A stretch of DNA of 56,827 bases, filler included, from an uncultured virus (IMG/VR IMGVR_UViG_2049941000_000867) (30 parts of one record of this genome joined end to end with filler, not necessarily neighbours in it), one strand, 5' to 3'; shown: positions 46,916 through 56,827, counted from the first letter of the whole stretch. Program-made: numbers and translations. The notes: generated by a model not told the origin, from the letters alone.

Positions 46916-47891
46916 CCCCATGGAGCACTACGACATTGTGTATATGTCGAAAGTGTTTAACTTTTCCCCAGACGATACTTATATCTACGATGCAGACAAA
47001 ATCATCAAAGGAGGCACCGGCTATGATCCTCTGAGCCAGTTGCCAGACGAAATAGACCGTTTGCAGCCAGACTACTCCATCTATCCTAACATCCCGAAAG
47101 ATACTGCCTACGGATTCCTCACTCGCGGTTGCCCTAACAAATGCCGTTGGTGTGTGGTGCCCAAGAAAGAAGGAGCCATCCGGCCATATATGGATGTGGA
47201 CGAAATAGCCATTGAAGGCCGTCGTAAGTTGGTGCTGATGGATAACAATATTCTGGCTGCTGGCGACTACTGCATACAGCAGCTGCAAAAGATTATNNNN
47301 NNNNNNGGGCTGCTATGATATAGCAACACAAGAAACAGAAAAGCAGTGATTTTTTTCTCATAACTATAATAGGGGTTTGGTTATGGTGCAAATTTAGGGG
47401 TAAAACTCCGTAACGTAGGGACAAAAATACCCCGCGGGAAAAACNNNNNNNNNNATGAGATAGCACAGCTGCTGGCAAAAGTGAAGTGGCTCGATAACAA
47501 CTGCATCCGCTTCGGCTGTGACACACACGGACAGATAGCAGAATGTGAGCGGGCCATGAATATGATCAACCGCTACGGCTTCACAGGGCAATACTTTCTA
47601 TACACCATGCTCACCTCAGACTTCAGGGAGTGCTACGAGCGCATCACCTATTGGTGGCATCGTACACAAGAGACGCGGGCCTCGCATCAAGGCCGCTATG
47701 TCTATCCACATGCCCAACCCTACCGTGATCCTAACAATCCACACCACATCATTCCACAATGGCAAAAGGACATGGCCGGATGGGTCAACAAAAAAGCCCA
47801 TTTCGTAGCCCATTCCTTTGAAGAGTTTGAGCCACGAAAAGGCTTCAGGTGTAGGGAGTATCTTACGACTTACGGCGTTTCCAGCGAATGA
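46916..47891 (+). CDS. Radical SAM protein (parts 46916-47296 and 47455-47891)
   Basis: YMSKVF, GGTGYD, FLTRGCPNKCRWCVVP (CxxxCxxC), MDNNILA; C-part IRFGCD...HAQPYRD...WQKDMAGWVN. Confidence 0.85.
47388..47425 (-). promoter_or_regulatory. Late-type promoter whose spacer contains an iteron-like 22-mer
   Basis: Sense strand TTTGTCCCTACGTTACGGAGTTTTACCCCTAAATTTGC, upstream of the ATG at 47361 (MRKKSLLFCFLCC...). Confidence 0.7.
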
Positions 47892-48125
47892 TAAAGGCGA
47901 AGATAGCAGCAAAGACGATGACATTGACCAAGGTAGTAAAGAAGTCATGCACACGTTGTAGGAACGATGGCGTGTGTGCCGGTTTGATGACCTCTTTGTG
48001 GTAATTGGTTGTGTCGTTTACCTCCAGAGCCGTCTTTTCGAGTAAGAGATTATAGAGCGAGTCTATACGCTCCTGGCACGACTGGATGCGTTGCTCCTGC
48101 TCATTGATGATACGCTGCTGACGCA
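47871..48125 (-). CDS. C-terminal fragment: coiled coil, transmembrane helix, basic tail
   Basis: QQRIINEQEQRIQ...FFTTLVNVIVFAAIFAFIIRWKRRKS*. Confidence 0.5.
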
Positions 48126-48225
48126 NNNNNNNNNNNNNNNNNNNNNNNNNNNNNNNNNNNNNNNNNNNNTTAATTAATTAANNNNNNNNNNNNNNNNNNN
48201 NNNNNNNNNNNNNNNNNNNNNNNNN

Positions 48226-48501
48226 CCATGCCATCCGTGCCATTTCCTCACGCTTTTCCTGTGCGCGAGCTTTCTCATTTCCACCCTCGCCCATGTTGGT
48301 TTTGAAAGCATGAATCTTACATACCAGGTGTGGCGATCGAGTGCTGATGATACACTGGCCAAGGTCATTACGAGCTTGTGGAGCCGTCACGATGAATGGG
48401 CCATGAAACTGCATACCAGTCATAAAGTGCTGACTGTACTGTGATAGTTCACCATCCCATATAGGGAGTGGTCTTACTTGATTTTCTCTGATTTCTGACA
48501 T
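48226..48501 (-). CDS. Hypothetical protein, 3-prime truncated
   Basis: ATG at 48501 after an 8-mer repeat leader. Confidence 0.5.
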
Positions 48502-48584
48502 ATACTATAATTTTATGAATTTATGAATCTATGAATTGATGATTATGCGCGAAGTGTTCCATTGAGCACCGGCANNNNNNNNNN

Positions 48585-49816
48585 ACGCTGGAGAGTGGCC
48601 TCACTGCCCACGCTGGCCTTACGGACGGTACGGCCCATAATGGTGACAGGCTCGAAGTGTACGACGGGAGTACGCTTGCCGGTCTTACCGACAGTAACCT
48701 CAATGCGAGTGCAGCGGGTAATGGTCTTAGCCGGTGCAAACTTATAGGCAATAGAGCCATGAGGATGGTGAGCGGTAGCACCCAGATCCTTGAAGTCGCC
48801 ACGATGGTTTACGCGGATTACCACACCATCAGTCGGGAACTCCAGGGTCTCGCGCTTCTCAGCATCGAAGTAACGCTNNNNNNNNNNCCCGTAACTTCGG
48901 GAGCCTGTTTTTCTGCATCCTCTATAACGCGATAGACAGTCGGACGAACATCGTTAGCAAGTCCTACCTCAATGGTGCTACCCATGACCACACCAAGNNN
49001 NNNNNNNCGCTGCAAAACATCGCCAAAGTGATAACCATCTTCCAGGTCATTCGTAACATAATACACATCCTTGAAGCCTGATGCCTTAGCCATGTCGAGA
49101 CCGATATTAGCCTCTGGGCCATAATTCCAGCGGTCGGCTATAACGTCCCACACACAGAACTGCAACAGTTCACAATCGGGGTCAGGCTCCATCATGTTAC
49201 ACAAGCTGCTGGCAGCACTGCGGCAATCCTTATACTGATTGCGCATCAGTTTCAAGTTGGCCTTCTTACAAACCACCTCGCCACGAACCTCTACCCTACC
49301 CTTCAGGGCATTACTCTTTCGCATGAAGTCGTTGGTAGCCTCCAGCTGCTGTGGCACGTTCTGCATCATGCGCACATGGTCGAGAATATCCTGACCTATC
49401 AGACCATTCTCGCCACGAGTGCTGGCCTCGATGAGTTTACCATCCTGATATACCAGGCTGCATGAGATACCGTCGTACTTCCACATCAGAAGGAAACGGC
49501 CTAAGTCACGACGGATATTCGGGCGAATCTTCACAAGCCACTTATCCACTGCCTCTACTGTCTGGGCCTTCTGGCACGACAGCATCGGTGTACGATGGAT
49601 GATCTGACGGCGACCATTGGCCGACAGGTCAGAACCTACACACTGTGTCGGAGAGTCAGGAACTATCCACTCAGGATGTTCAGACTCAGCCTTCTCGATC
49701 TCAGCCACCAACACGTCAAACTCTGTGTCGCTGATAGTCGGAGCCGACAGGACGTAATACTCATAACTCTTTCTCTGTGCCTGGTTCACCAGTGCAATGT
49801 AATCTTTCTGTGTCAT
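48585..49816 (-). CDS. ligA: NAD-dependent DNA ligase (adenylation and OB domains), three fragments
   Basis: YY...PTISDTEFD, DSPTQ.VG, HRTPMLS, KYDG (adenylated Lys), TRG..G, EVRGEV, DG.VI, IAYKF, VGKTG..TPV. Confidence 0.9.
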
Positions 49817-49872
49817 AATTGTTTTCTGTTTTTTAGTGAAACGGTGAAATAATGAATTGATGAAATAATGAA

Positions 49873-50181
49873 TTAGTGAAGTCTGCCACCAGTAAAGGCA
49901 GCCTTCCAAGCTGCTTGATGCAGACGTGCCAACGACTCAGCTGTCAGATCACTGGCCATGCAGCAGCCGGCACGATTCTCATTGATAGCGTCGAAGTCGC
50001 CACTCTGTACGAACACATCTACAAAGTCCTCATCAGGAGAGAGGTGTGTGGCAGTAATGGTGAAACCACCACCCTTCAGGCAGCACAGTTCTACCGGCAC
50101 CAGAAGTTTGAAGTCGTTAGAATGTACCAGACCTCTGAGATCTTGTAACTGACGCTTGCGAAGAGATTTTTTGTTTGCCAT
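49873..50181 (-). CDS. Hypothetical protein (102 aa)
   Basis: Complete ORF between the canonical promoter and the ligase. Confidence 0.55.
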   Translation of the reverse strand: MANKKSLRKRQLQDLRGLVHSNDFKLLVPVELCCLKGGGFTITATHLSPDEDFVDVFVQSGDFDAINENRAGCCMASDLTAESLARLHQAAWKAAFTGGRLH

Positions 50182-50243
50182 ATTCTTTCTTGTTTTGTGA
50201 GCCTCAGTTGGCTCGGTGAATACTAATAATTAACTTATCTGCT

Positions 50244-50276
50244 GCAAAGGTAAGTATTATTTCTGAAACTACCAAA
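50244..50276 (-). promoter_or_regulatory. Canonical Bacteroidetes -33/-7 promoter
   Basis: Sense strand TTTG-GTAGTTTCAGAAATAATACT-TACCTTTGC (20-nt spacer). Confidence 0.75.
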
Positions 50277-50376
50277 NNNNNNNNNNNNNNNNNNNNNNNN
50301 NNNNNNNNNNNNNNNNNNNNTTAATTAATTAANNNNNNNNNNNNNNNNNNNNNNNNNNNNNNNNNNNNNNNNNNNN

Positions 50377-51065
50377 AGGACAGCACCTCGCCCAAATGAC
50401 GTGACCAGGCACCAGCAGGCGAGAAATTGATGATCTGAGCATCACCATACGTCTTAGCACCATGTTCGTAAATGGTATCGACACGCACAACAGCACCCAT
50501 GATAGACTCTGCACCAAAACCACCATCGTTGACAGCTTCGCGGATCTGTTCCTGAGTGAGCGGTTCAGTAGTATTGATACGAGTGGACTTCATAGGGATG
50601 GTTCCTTCACCACCTCCCCAAAGGTTAATTGCAGCCAGGCCAACAATGATAAAACCGATATGATTACAAGTGATAGCATTCATAACTTTATGATTTAATG
50701 AATTGATAAATACATGAATTTATTATGCAGCCTGTTTGTAGTGACTGGCTGGCATTGAAGCCGTCCACTCTCCAAAGGCATTATTATCGTCGTAGGGATC
50801 GAGACCAGCGAGACGGCAGATGTCCGGCCACTCGCAACAGTGAGAGGAATCAAACAGCATTTCCGACATATCTTCATAGCTGAAAGATTCGGCCCATTTC
50901 TCATAGGAGCCATCATACTTTTCTGGTATCTCATTCTCGTAAAACTGATCTTCCAGATATTCTGCCAGGTTAGCACGATTGATACGGTCATCGTGTTCCT
51001 GCTGGGAATAGACGTAAAACAATTCTACGCGGTCACGGTCAGTCCAGGCAACCATGGTACGGTTG
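50377..51065 (-). CDS. Two hypothetical early proteins (50377-50683; acidic 50723-51065)
   Basis: Co-oriented ORFs separated by the 8-mer repeat spacer. Confidence 0.5.
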
Positions 51066-51151
51066 NNNNNNNNNNGTGAAACGATGAATTGATAAATTTA
51101 TGAAAACTGTAAATTTTCAGATACGTTATAAAGAGGGTAGGAAGGAGACCG

Positions 51152-51421
51152 TCAAGCGGCCTCCTGATCCTTATCAGGCGAAGCAGGAGTAACCATTTCG
51201 GTGATACCTCGTTTCACCAGTTTGCGAGTGAGTCGTGGATCTTCCAGTTGGTCACAAATTGCCAAACGGTAGCCCTTGCGTACCAACTTAGGCAAATAAG
51301 TGTCAAGAGCATGATAAGGGAATGCAGCCATCTTATAACCATCCTTATGAGTGGTCAACGTAATTTCCAGGATGGGGCAGACCTTCTCTGCATCCTCGGC
51401 ATAAAGTTCGTAGAAGTCGCC
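51152..51421 (-). CDS. MutS domain I (mismatch-binding) protein ending directly after the domain
   Basis: [10 protein letters not shown]...LEITLT...[32 protein letters not shown]...[12 protein letters not shown] then a short tail and stop. Confidence 0.85.
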   Translation of the reverse strand, partial: GDFYELYAEDAEKVCPILEITLTTHKDGYKMAAFPYHALDTYLPKLVRKGYRLAICDQLEDPRLTRKLVKRGITEMVTPASPDKDQEAA

Positions 51422-51911
51422 NNNNNNNNNNGTTTAAGCACATCGAGGTCATCAACTACGATCCTGAGACGCATTTCGATGAGGACAAAGAGAAACGTAT
51501 GGTAAACTATCAGATAGACTTCATCTATAAGATAACAACCCACGGCGGCTATCCTCGTACTAAATGGTTCTGGAAGGCGTATCGCGTCGTTAAACGACTC
51601 TTAGAAAATGACTACCGGCGCATGACCGCCAGCGCACTCAGAAGCGCAGGTATTCCATCAATTCAATAATTCATCAATTTATGACAAAGAAGTTGATTAT
51701 CACCCAGCTCTACCAAGAGCCGATAAAGACAAACAGTGAGCCACCGATGATAAATATTGCAGAGGTGGAACATACACCGCTCACAGTCGATGATCTGAAG
51801 CCTGGCGATGTNNNNNNNNNNNNNNNNNNNNNNNNNNNNNNNNNNNNNNNNNNNNTTAATTAATTAANNNNNNNNNNNNNNNNNNNNNNNNNNNNNNNNN
51901 NNNNNNNNNNN

Positions 51912-52842
51912 TACGGAAGTCACGCTCTACATACAGCGGTCCTGGAACGATGACAAACTCAATATGCGTAGGATTACCCTTTTTGCGACCATCATTATAA
52001 CGGGCCTCGTAGGTGAAAGAGAAGTCTATTTTCTTCTCAGCAGACAGTTGATCCATTTCCAGGCGTGTAGGTTCCAGGATGAGTTTCTTCACCTTGGAAT
52101 ACTTGTGGAAAGGATTGTCAGTAGGCGAAGCCTCTTTCTTACCTTCAGAATGACTGGCCACATAACTGTCATCATCAATGCCCAGAAACTCGCAGAACTC
52201 AGGATAATCAACCTGCTTACGTCCAATGTCACGGAATGTAGAGAGGTAGATATAAATTCGCGGTGTGCGTTGTTTCTTGGCCATTTGACCTATCTTTGCC
52301 GCATGATCGGTATAGCCGTGATTCATGGATAAGAAGTCATTAACATTCTCCTTATCCATCTTTACACGAATTTTGCCGGTGCGTAGGTCACTGCTGTTTT
52401 TCACCATTTCAAGACGTGAAAAGAGATTAGCAAAATGATACTCAGTCGTACCATTCTTATTCTCCTTCAGATAACCCATGCGTATGGAAATCAAATCGGA
52501 CAAAGCCTGTACCAGTTCTGGATAATGCCCAGGAGTAACACCCAGATCTTTTGCCTCAATGTTGAAGTCGATGCTCGTATTCATTTCATCAGGCGAGAAG
52601 AGCGGTAGCCAAAGCTGGCCATCCTGACGGTTCTCATTGATGGAGTTGGTGATACGGTCCTGCAACTTATCGAGCACACCCAACAGCACCCTTTGGTGCA
52701 TCAGCGAGAAGTCACCAGAGACCTGTGCGAAGACACGAGGATTATAGAGCCACTGCTGATCGCGGAGGTCACGGATAATGCTGTTATCGCTCTTGATGAG
52801 TGCCTGCATCTTATCATTTTTCTTTTTCTTTGCCATAGTCAT
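51912..52842 (-). CDS. Plasmid-type replication initiator (Rep_3-like), 3-prime truncated
   Basis: YNPRVFAQVSGDFSLMHQRVL; YT...TPRIYIYLS.F; EFCEFLG; YSKVKKLILEP...DFSFTY...IEFVI winged-helix Rep pattern. Confidence 0.7.
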
Positions 52843-52875
52843 TTCTTTATACTACGTTTACGACGCTATTTACTA

Positions 52876-52987
52876 CGTTACCAAGTTTTACCCCTAAATC
52901 GGGGAGGGCTTCAGACGTTACCTGTTTTTTCNNNNNNNNNNTGGGCACAAAGATAGAGGGGAAATCGTTACGGAGTTTTACCCCTAA
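52876..52987. repeat. Iteron-like 22-bp direct repeats next to the rep gene
   Basis: CGTTACCAAGTTTTACCCCTAA (52876) and CGTTACGGAGTTTTACCCCTAA (52966); an exact inverted copy of the second lies at 47394-47415. Confidence 0.65.
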
Positions 52988-53514
52988 GTGGTGGTTTGCT
53001 TTGGAACACGATAGTTCAGTTTCCAGTGACCAGGAAAGAACTTACGCAGGATGGCAGCCAGAACTTTTACGTTATCCGGCAGTTCCATGCGCTCATAGAG
53101 CGCGTTTTCAGACACCCAGAGCACAAGCGACAGTTGGCCGGCATCATTCTTACCAAACGACTCAAAGCCAATGTTACGATAGGTGAGCCACGGCAGCTGC
53201 TCAGACAGTTCAGCCAGACAGTCACGCCATACGCCACGCCACTTTTCCTGTTCCTGCTTCTGGAATAACTCATATTGACGCTGATCCTCAATTTCTTTGC
53301 GACGGGCTTCCAGCTGTTTATTCTTCAGCCAATCGGCAAAGAGAGCAAGAATATACTCAGCCACATGGTCAGGCTGTTTACGCTCCACGGCCTTGGGGAT
53401 ATCATCGTAAGCATAGGACTTGAAATCATCAAACCAAGAATCCTGTACGTCACGCAGCACCTCAACGATGTCGTATGGTTTCAGGTCGCTATACTTCAAT
53501 GTAAGAGAGTTGAT
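52984..53514 (-). CDS. C-terminal fragment, possibly of the initiator protein
   Basis: Open from the linker to the stop; helical region then a DnaA_N-like beta segment. Confidence 0.4.
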   Translation of the reverse strand: MNSLTLKYSDLKPYDIVEVLRDVQDSWFDDFKSYAYDDIPKAVERKQPDHVAEYILALFADWLKNKQLEARRKEIEDQRQYELFQKQEQEKWRGVWRDCLAELSEQLPWLTYRNIGFESFGKNDAGQLSLVLWVSENALYERMELPDNVKVLAAILRKFFPGHWKLNYRVPKQTTT

Positions 53515-53614
53515 NNNNNNNNNNNNNNNNNNNNNNNNNNNNNNNNNNNNNNNNNNNNTTAATTAATTAANNNNNNNNNNNNNNNNNNNNNNNNNNNNNN
53601 NNNNNNNNNNNNNN

Positions 53615-54016
53615 AAGAGCCACGCAAAGAGTAGTTACGGCAGCCAGAATCTTATGCTTACCGTTAGGAGCAGCAACAGAGCCACCAGGCGACTGCTGGC
53701 CATCATCCTCACTGACAGGAACGGAAGCAGGCTCCACTACTGGAGGCGTAGGTGCCTCGTGAAGTACCTGCGTCTCAGGATAGAGATCTGCAAACGACGG
53801 AGCCAACCAAGGCTCTTCGGGCTGTTCCTCTTCAGAGGCAGCAACAATGTTGCTACATACAGGACTCTCTTCACCAGGGAAGTCGATACCCTCTAAGGGG
53901 TCATTTTCCGTAACTTCGGGAGCATGATTTTCTGCATCCTCTATAACACGATAGACAGTCGGACGGACATCGTTAGCAAGTCCTACCTCAATGGTGCTAC
54001 CCATGACCACACCAAG
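53615..54016 (-). CDS. Continuation of the DNA ligase gene: end of OB fold, acidic Pro-rich linker, start of a hydrophobic segment
   Basis: The first ~110 nt are nearly identical to 48888-48997. Confidence 0.65.
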
Positions 54017-54116
54017 NNNNNNNNNNNNNNNNNNNNNNNNNNNNNNNNNNNNNNNNNNNNTTAATTAATTAANNNNNNNNNNNNNNNNNNNNNNNNNNNN
54101 NNNNNNNNNNNNNNNN

Positions 54117-54867
54117 CTCATTCCTTTATTCTCATAATTGCCGATCTGCTTATGCAGCCAGTCATCAAAGGCGAGGATATCAAGACACAGACAGCCAAAG
54201 AACGGCGACATGTTATCATAGAACTGTTTGAAACCAGTATGAAACAGACTCTCAAAGAGTGTCTTTACTTTGCTAAGTTCAGAAAATTTGTAAGCCATAA
54301 TCGTATAGTTTTTATTCAGAGATATAATAATCATAAAGCGTCTGGCCCATAATCTTAGCAGCTTCCACAATTTCTTGCGGTGTAAGCGTATCTTCCAGTA
54401 GTATGCCATTATAATCATCACCTTCGGCATAGCGAGAATCAGCACAGTTCAAATCATCCTCACAAAGAGCTATCACACCCTCCAGAGTCAACTCATTCCC
54501 ATCTTCATCATAAAGACTATCTGACGGGTCAACCATATTATGCAGCGTCGTACCATTGTCATCAACAAGGTGCCACTCATAATAACCAGGAACAAAACGG
54601 AAATGTCTCATAGCTTAATGAATTTATGAATTGATGAAATCATGCGGCGGCCAAATTGACTGCCTGGATGTTGTCTCGGTAGGTGATAGCACCACTCTCA
54701 GAGTTACAATAATAGCCCATGCGTACAGGGATATTATGATAGGAACCATTCAGGCCATAGTGACGAACCACACGACGAACTGCATCCAGTTCTGTTTCGT
54801 AGGTCTCACGATCCCAACAACCATAACCATAATCAATGCAATAGCGATAGCCTTCAGGCTCTTCCAG
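54117..54867 (-). CDS. Three small hypothetical early genes (54117-54298, 54312-54611, 54640-54867)
   Basis: Co-oriented short acidic/aromatic ORFs with AT-rich spacers. Confidence 0.5.
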
Positions 54868-54922
54868 NNNNNNNNNNTGTTTTGTGTGGCTCGGTGCCAC
54901 GGTTAAACTTCAATTTGTCGGT

Positions 54923-54955
54923 GCAAAGATAAGCATAATTTATGATATAACCAAA
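54923..54955 (-). promoter_or_regulatory. Canonical Bacteroidetes -33/-7 promoter
   Basis: Sense strand TTTG-GTTATATCATAAATTATGCT-TATCTTTGC (20-nt spacer). Confidence 0.75.
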
Positions 54956-55027
54956 TATTTTAGCGATTATTTTCAAGAAAAAGCGAAAAAAGTTTGTTTT
55001 AACTCACATTTTACTCAATCAAAGAGG

Positions 55028-55054
55028 AAAAGGAGGCCATTATGCGGCCTCCTT
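55028..55054 (-). terminator. Intrinsic terminator overlapping the stop of the DUF4942 gene
   Basis: Sense strand AAGGAGGCC-GCATAAT-GGCCTCCTT followed by TTCCTCTTT. Confidence 0.65.
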
Positions 55055-55674
55055 AACAGTTTTCTTAGGCAATGACCATCCCTTCAGTTTGGCCACCTCA
55101 TAATTGAACTTAAACCAAACATCTTCGTCCAGAAACTCGAAGTGCATAGTGCCCTTCTTGAAAGCCTTACAGCGGAAGAATCCCCAGACAAACCACTGAC
55201 CCCATTCCTCGCCATCGTTAGACCAGCTGCTTCTGGCACCATGATTAGATAACGGTTCTATACAATCATAGTTCCTGCCAGTCAGGTGGCACAATGCTTT
55301 GCAGACATCTTCCAGGTCAGAACGGTGGGAATCGTGATAACCAAAATACAGGGTAGGGTAGGCTCGCTTACAATTACGACCGTATTTGTCAGTNNNNNNN
55401 NNNTTCACCAGCTGTACTATTCTCAGCCGATAGGCTACAAATCAGGTCAAAGGCTTCCTCCATAGCTTTGTTCATACGCTGGCCATTGGTCTGAATCACC
55501 ATATCAATGACACGATAGATATTGTGCATAGTAAATGGCACATGAATCTGAGTCTCGATAAACTTGTTGATCTGCTCACGCAGCTGCTTAGTAGCGTATT
55601 TCTCCATGTGCAGTTTTTTGAAGATAATACGCCAGTAGTATTTCTGGAGAGCTTTCTTATACTGTTGGTGAGAN
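55040..55674 (-). CDS. DUF4942 domain protein (usually fused to a DNA methyltransferase), C-terminal fragments
   Basis: VPFTMHNIYRVIDMV...AFDLIC; DLEDVCKALCHLTG; WGFFRCKAFKKGTMHFEFLDEDVW.KFN..VAK.KGW.LP. Confidence 0.8.
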
Positions 55675-55773
55675 NNNNNNNNNNNNNNNNNNNNNNNNNN
55701 NNNNNNNNNNNNNNNNNTTAATTAATTAANNNNNNNNNNNNNNNNNNNNNNNNNNNNNNNNNNNNNNNNNNNN

Positions 55774-56343
55774 ACGACGTGGATAGTTGTCAGGGTCTGG
55801 CGTTACGGGAGTCTCAGGAGCCACGAAATAGCTTGTAGCGCAAAACTCTTTCCATGCCTCGCGGTCGGCATCGTAACCGGCAGCCTCGTGTTTCTTTACA
55901 AGCTCGGCACGTTTTTCGTTACTCCAGTTACGGTGTGTGTCGATCTCTGCTGCATGATCACCCATGTACTTATGGGCAAAGTCGGTGTGCTCGTAGTCGG
56001 TTGTATAGGCATAATCTTCCATGCCGTTAAAACGGTCGCCATAGGTGGCAAACAGTTCCAGGTCGGTGGCCTCGCTGAACTCTTCAGACGTGGGGCCGTC
56101 CTGCCATGACAGATCCCAATCGGCACCCCATCCGTTATCCTTTTTCAGTGAGACAGACAGGCCAGGGAAAGCTGCTGCAACCATAGCCAGAATATTGCGA
56201 CGGCGGCAGTTATTGAGCTTCATTTGTGCGCTCTTGTATGCCTTTTGCTCCTTGCTACCCTTCTGCTGGCGGTAGGGGATGGCATTGAGAGCGGCGGCAG
56301 CCTCTTTCTCAGCCTTCTCGTAGGGAGCCACAGGCTCCATGAT
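55774..56343 (-). CDS. LPD29 (large polyvalent protein-associated domain) protein, fragment
   Basis: RNI..M...AFPG.SVS....SWQDGPT...F....FNGMEDY pattern. Confidence 0.65.
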
Positions 56344-56353
56344 NNNNNNNNNN

Positions 56354-56827
56354 ACTCATTGGCAGAGAGTCAACGGTAATTATTTTCTCAATACAGCACA
56401 GGCGGGGGCCGTGCTCGTGCTGGTCGCCTCCATACTCCACCAGGGCACGGAGTTCTCTACTGAAGCCACCCTCACCCTTCAAGCACGAAGAAACAGCCCA
56501 AACAAACTGCCCTTCGTGAGTAGGTGCTGGCTGTCCGGCAGCCTTGTGCTCGTCGGCCTCCAGTTCGTGACGGTGGAAAGCTGTTGCAGCGTATTCTTCA
56601 GCCTTTTTCTGGATGATCTTGCGGGCCTCCATTTCAGCCAGCAAAACGGCATCGAGTCCGAAGTCTTCAATAAAGGCCACACGGGTAAGCGGCGACATAA
56701 CGCCACACCAACCACAAACGCCCTCGCGTGTATTGCTATCCTGGTTATACTCGGCAGTCAGTTCCTCGTTGCTCAATACTACTGCCAGACGGTTCACGAT
56801 CTCGAAAAATGCTACATTGTGTTTCAT
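56354..56827 (-). CDS. Hypothetical protein, N-terminal fragment
   Basis: Open frame from the window end to the gap. Confidence 0.45.

Noticed and set aside
8400..55729. Recurrent TTAATTAATTAA palindrome
   Set aside because: Always embedded in fixed-length N runs; an artificial six-frame-stop linker.

Overview
This is not one continuous chromosome. It is a concatenated, heavily gapped and shuffled assembly: scaffolds are joined by N-flanked TTAATTAATTAA linkers, with many 10-N gaps inside them. Most of it is a long-tailed (siphovirus-like) phage or prophage of a Bacteroidales host, probably Prevotella-like, judged from TAnnTTTG promoters and typical gene families. A few short foreign fragments are mixed in. 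Recognisable modules, mostly split over several pieces, are: (1) packaging and head (terminase, portal, S49 protease); (2) tail (tape measure, tail-tip and fibre proteins); (3) lysis (holin, amidase); (4) replication and early genes (Rep_3-like initiator with iteron-like repeats, beta clamp, primase-like pieces, truncated NAD-dependent ligase, MutS-I, DUF4942, LPD29, two radical SAM genes, Tad2-like protein). The most unusual item is an acyl carrier protein plus beta-ketoacyl synthase pair. Overlapping contig ends place it inside the morphogenesis gene run, and the synthase carries an in-frame copy of the phage's own hairpin repeat. Other notable signals: a promoter class TGTCCC...TAnnTTTGC with an invariant 25-nt spacer at six loci; a dispersed conserved hairpin; strand-specific 8-mer leader repeats; and a small protein resembling a segment of Bacteroidetes RpoB. 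Family calls come from motif recognition by eye, not database searches. Gene order across gaps is unreliable.
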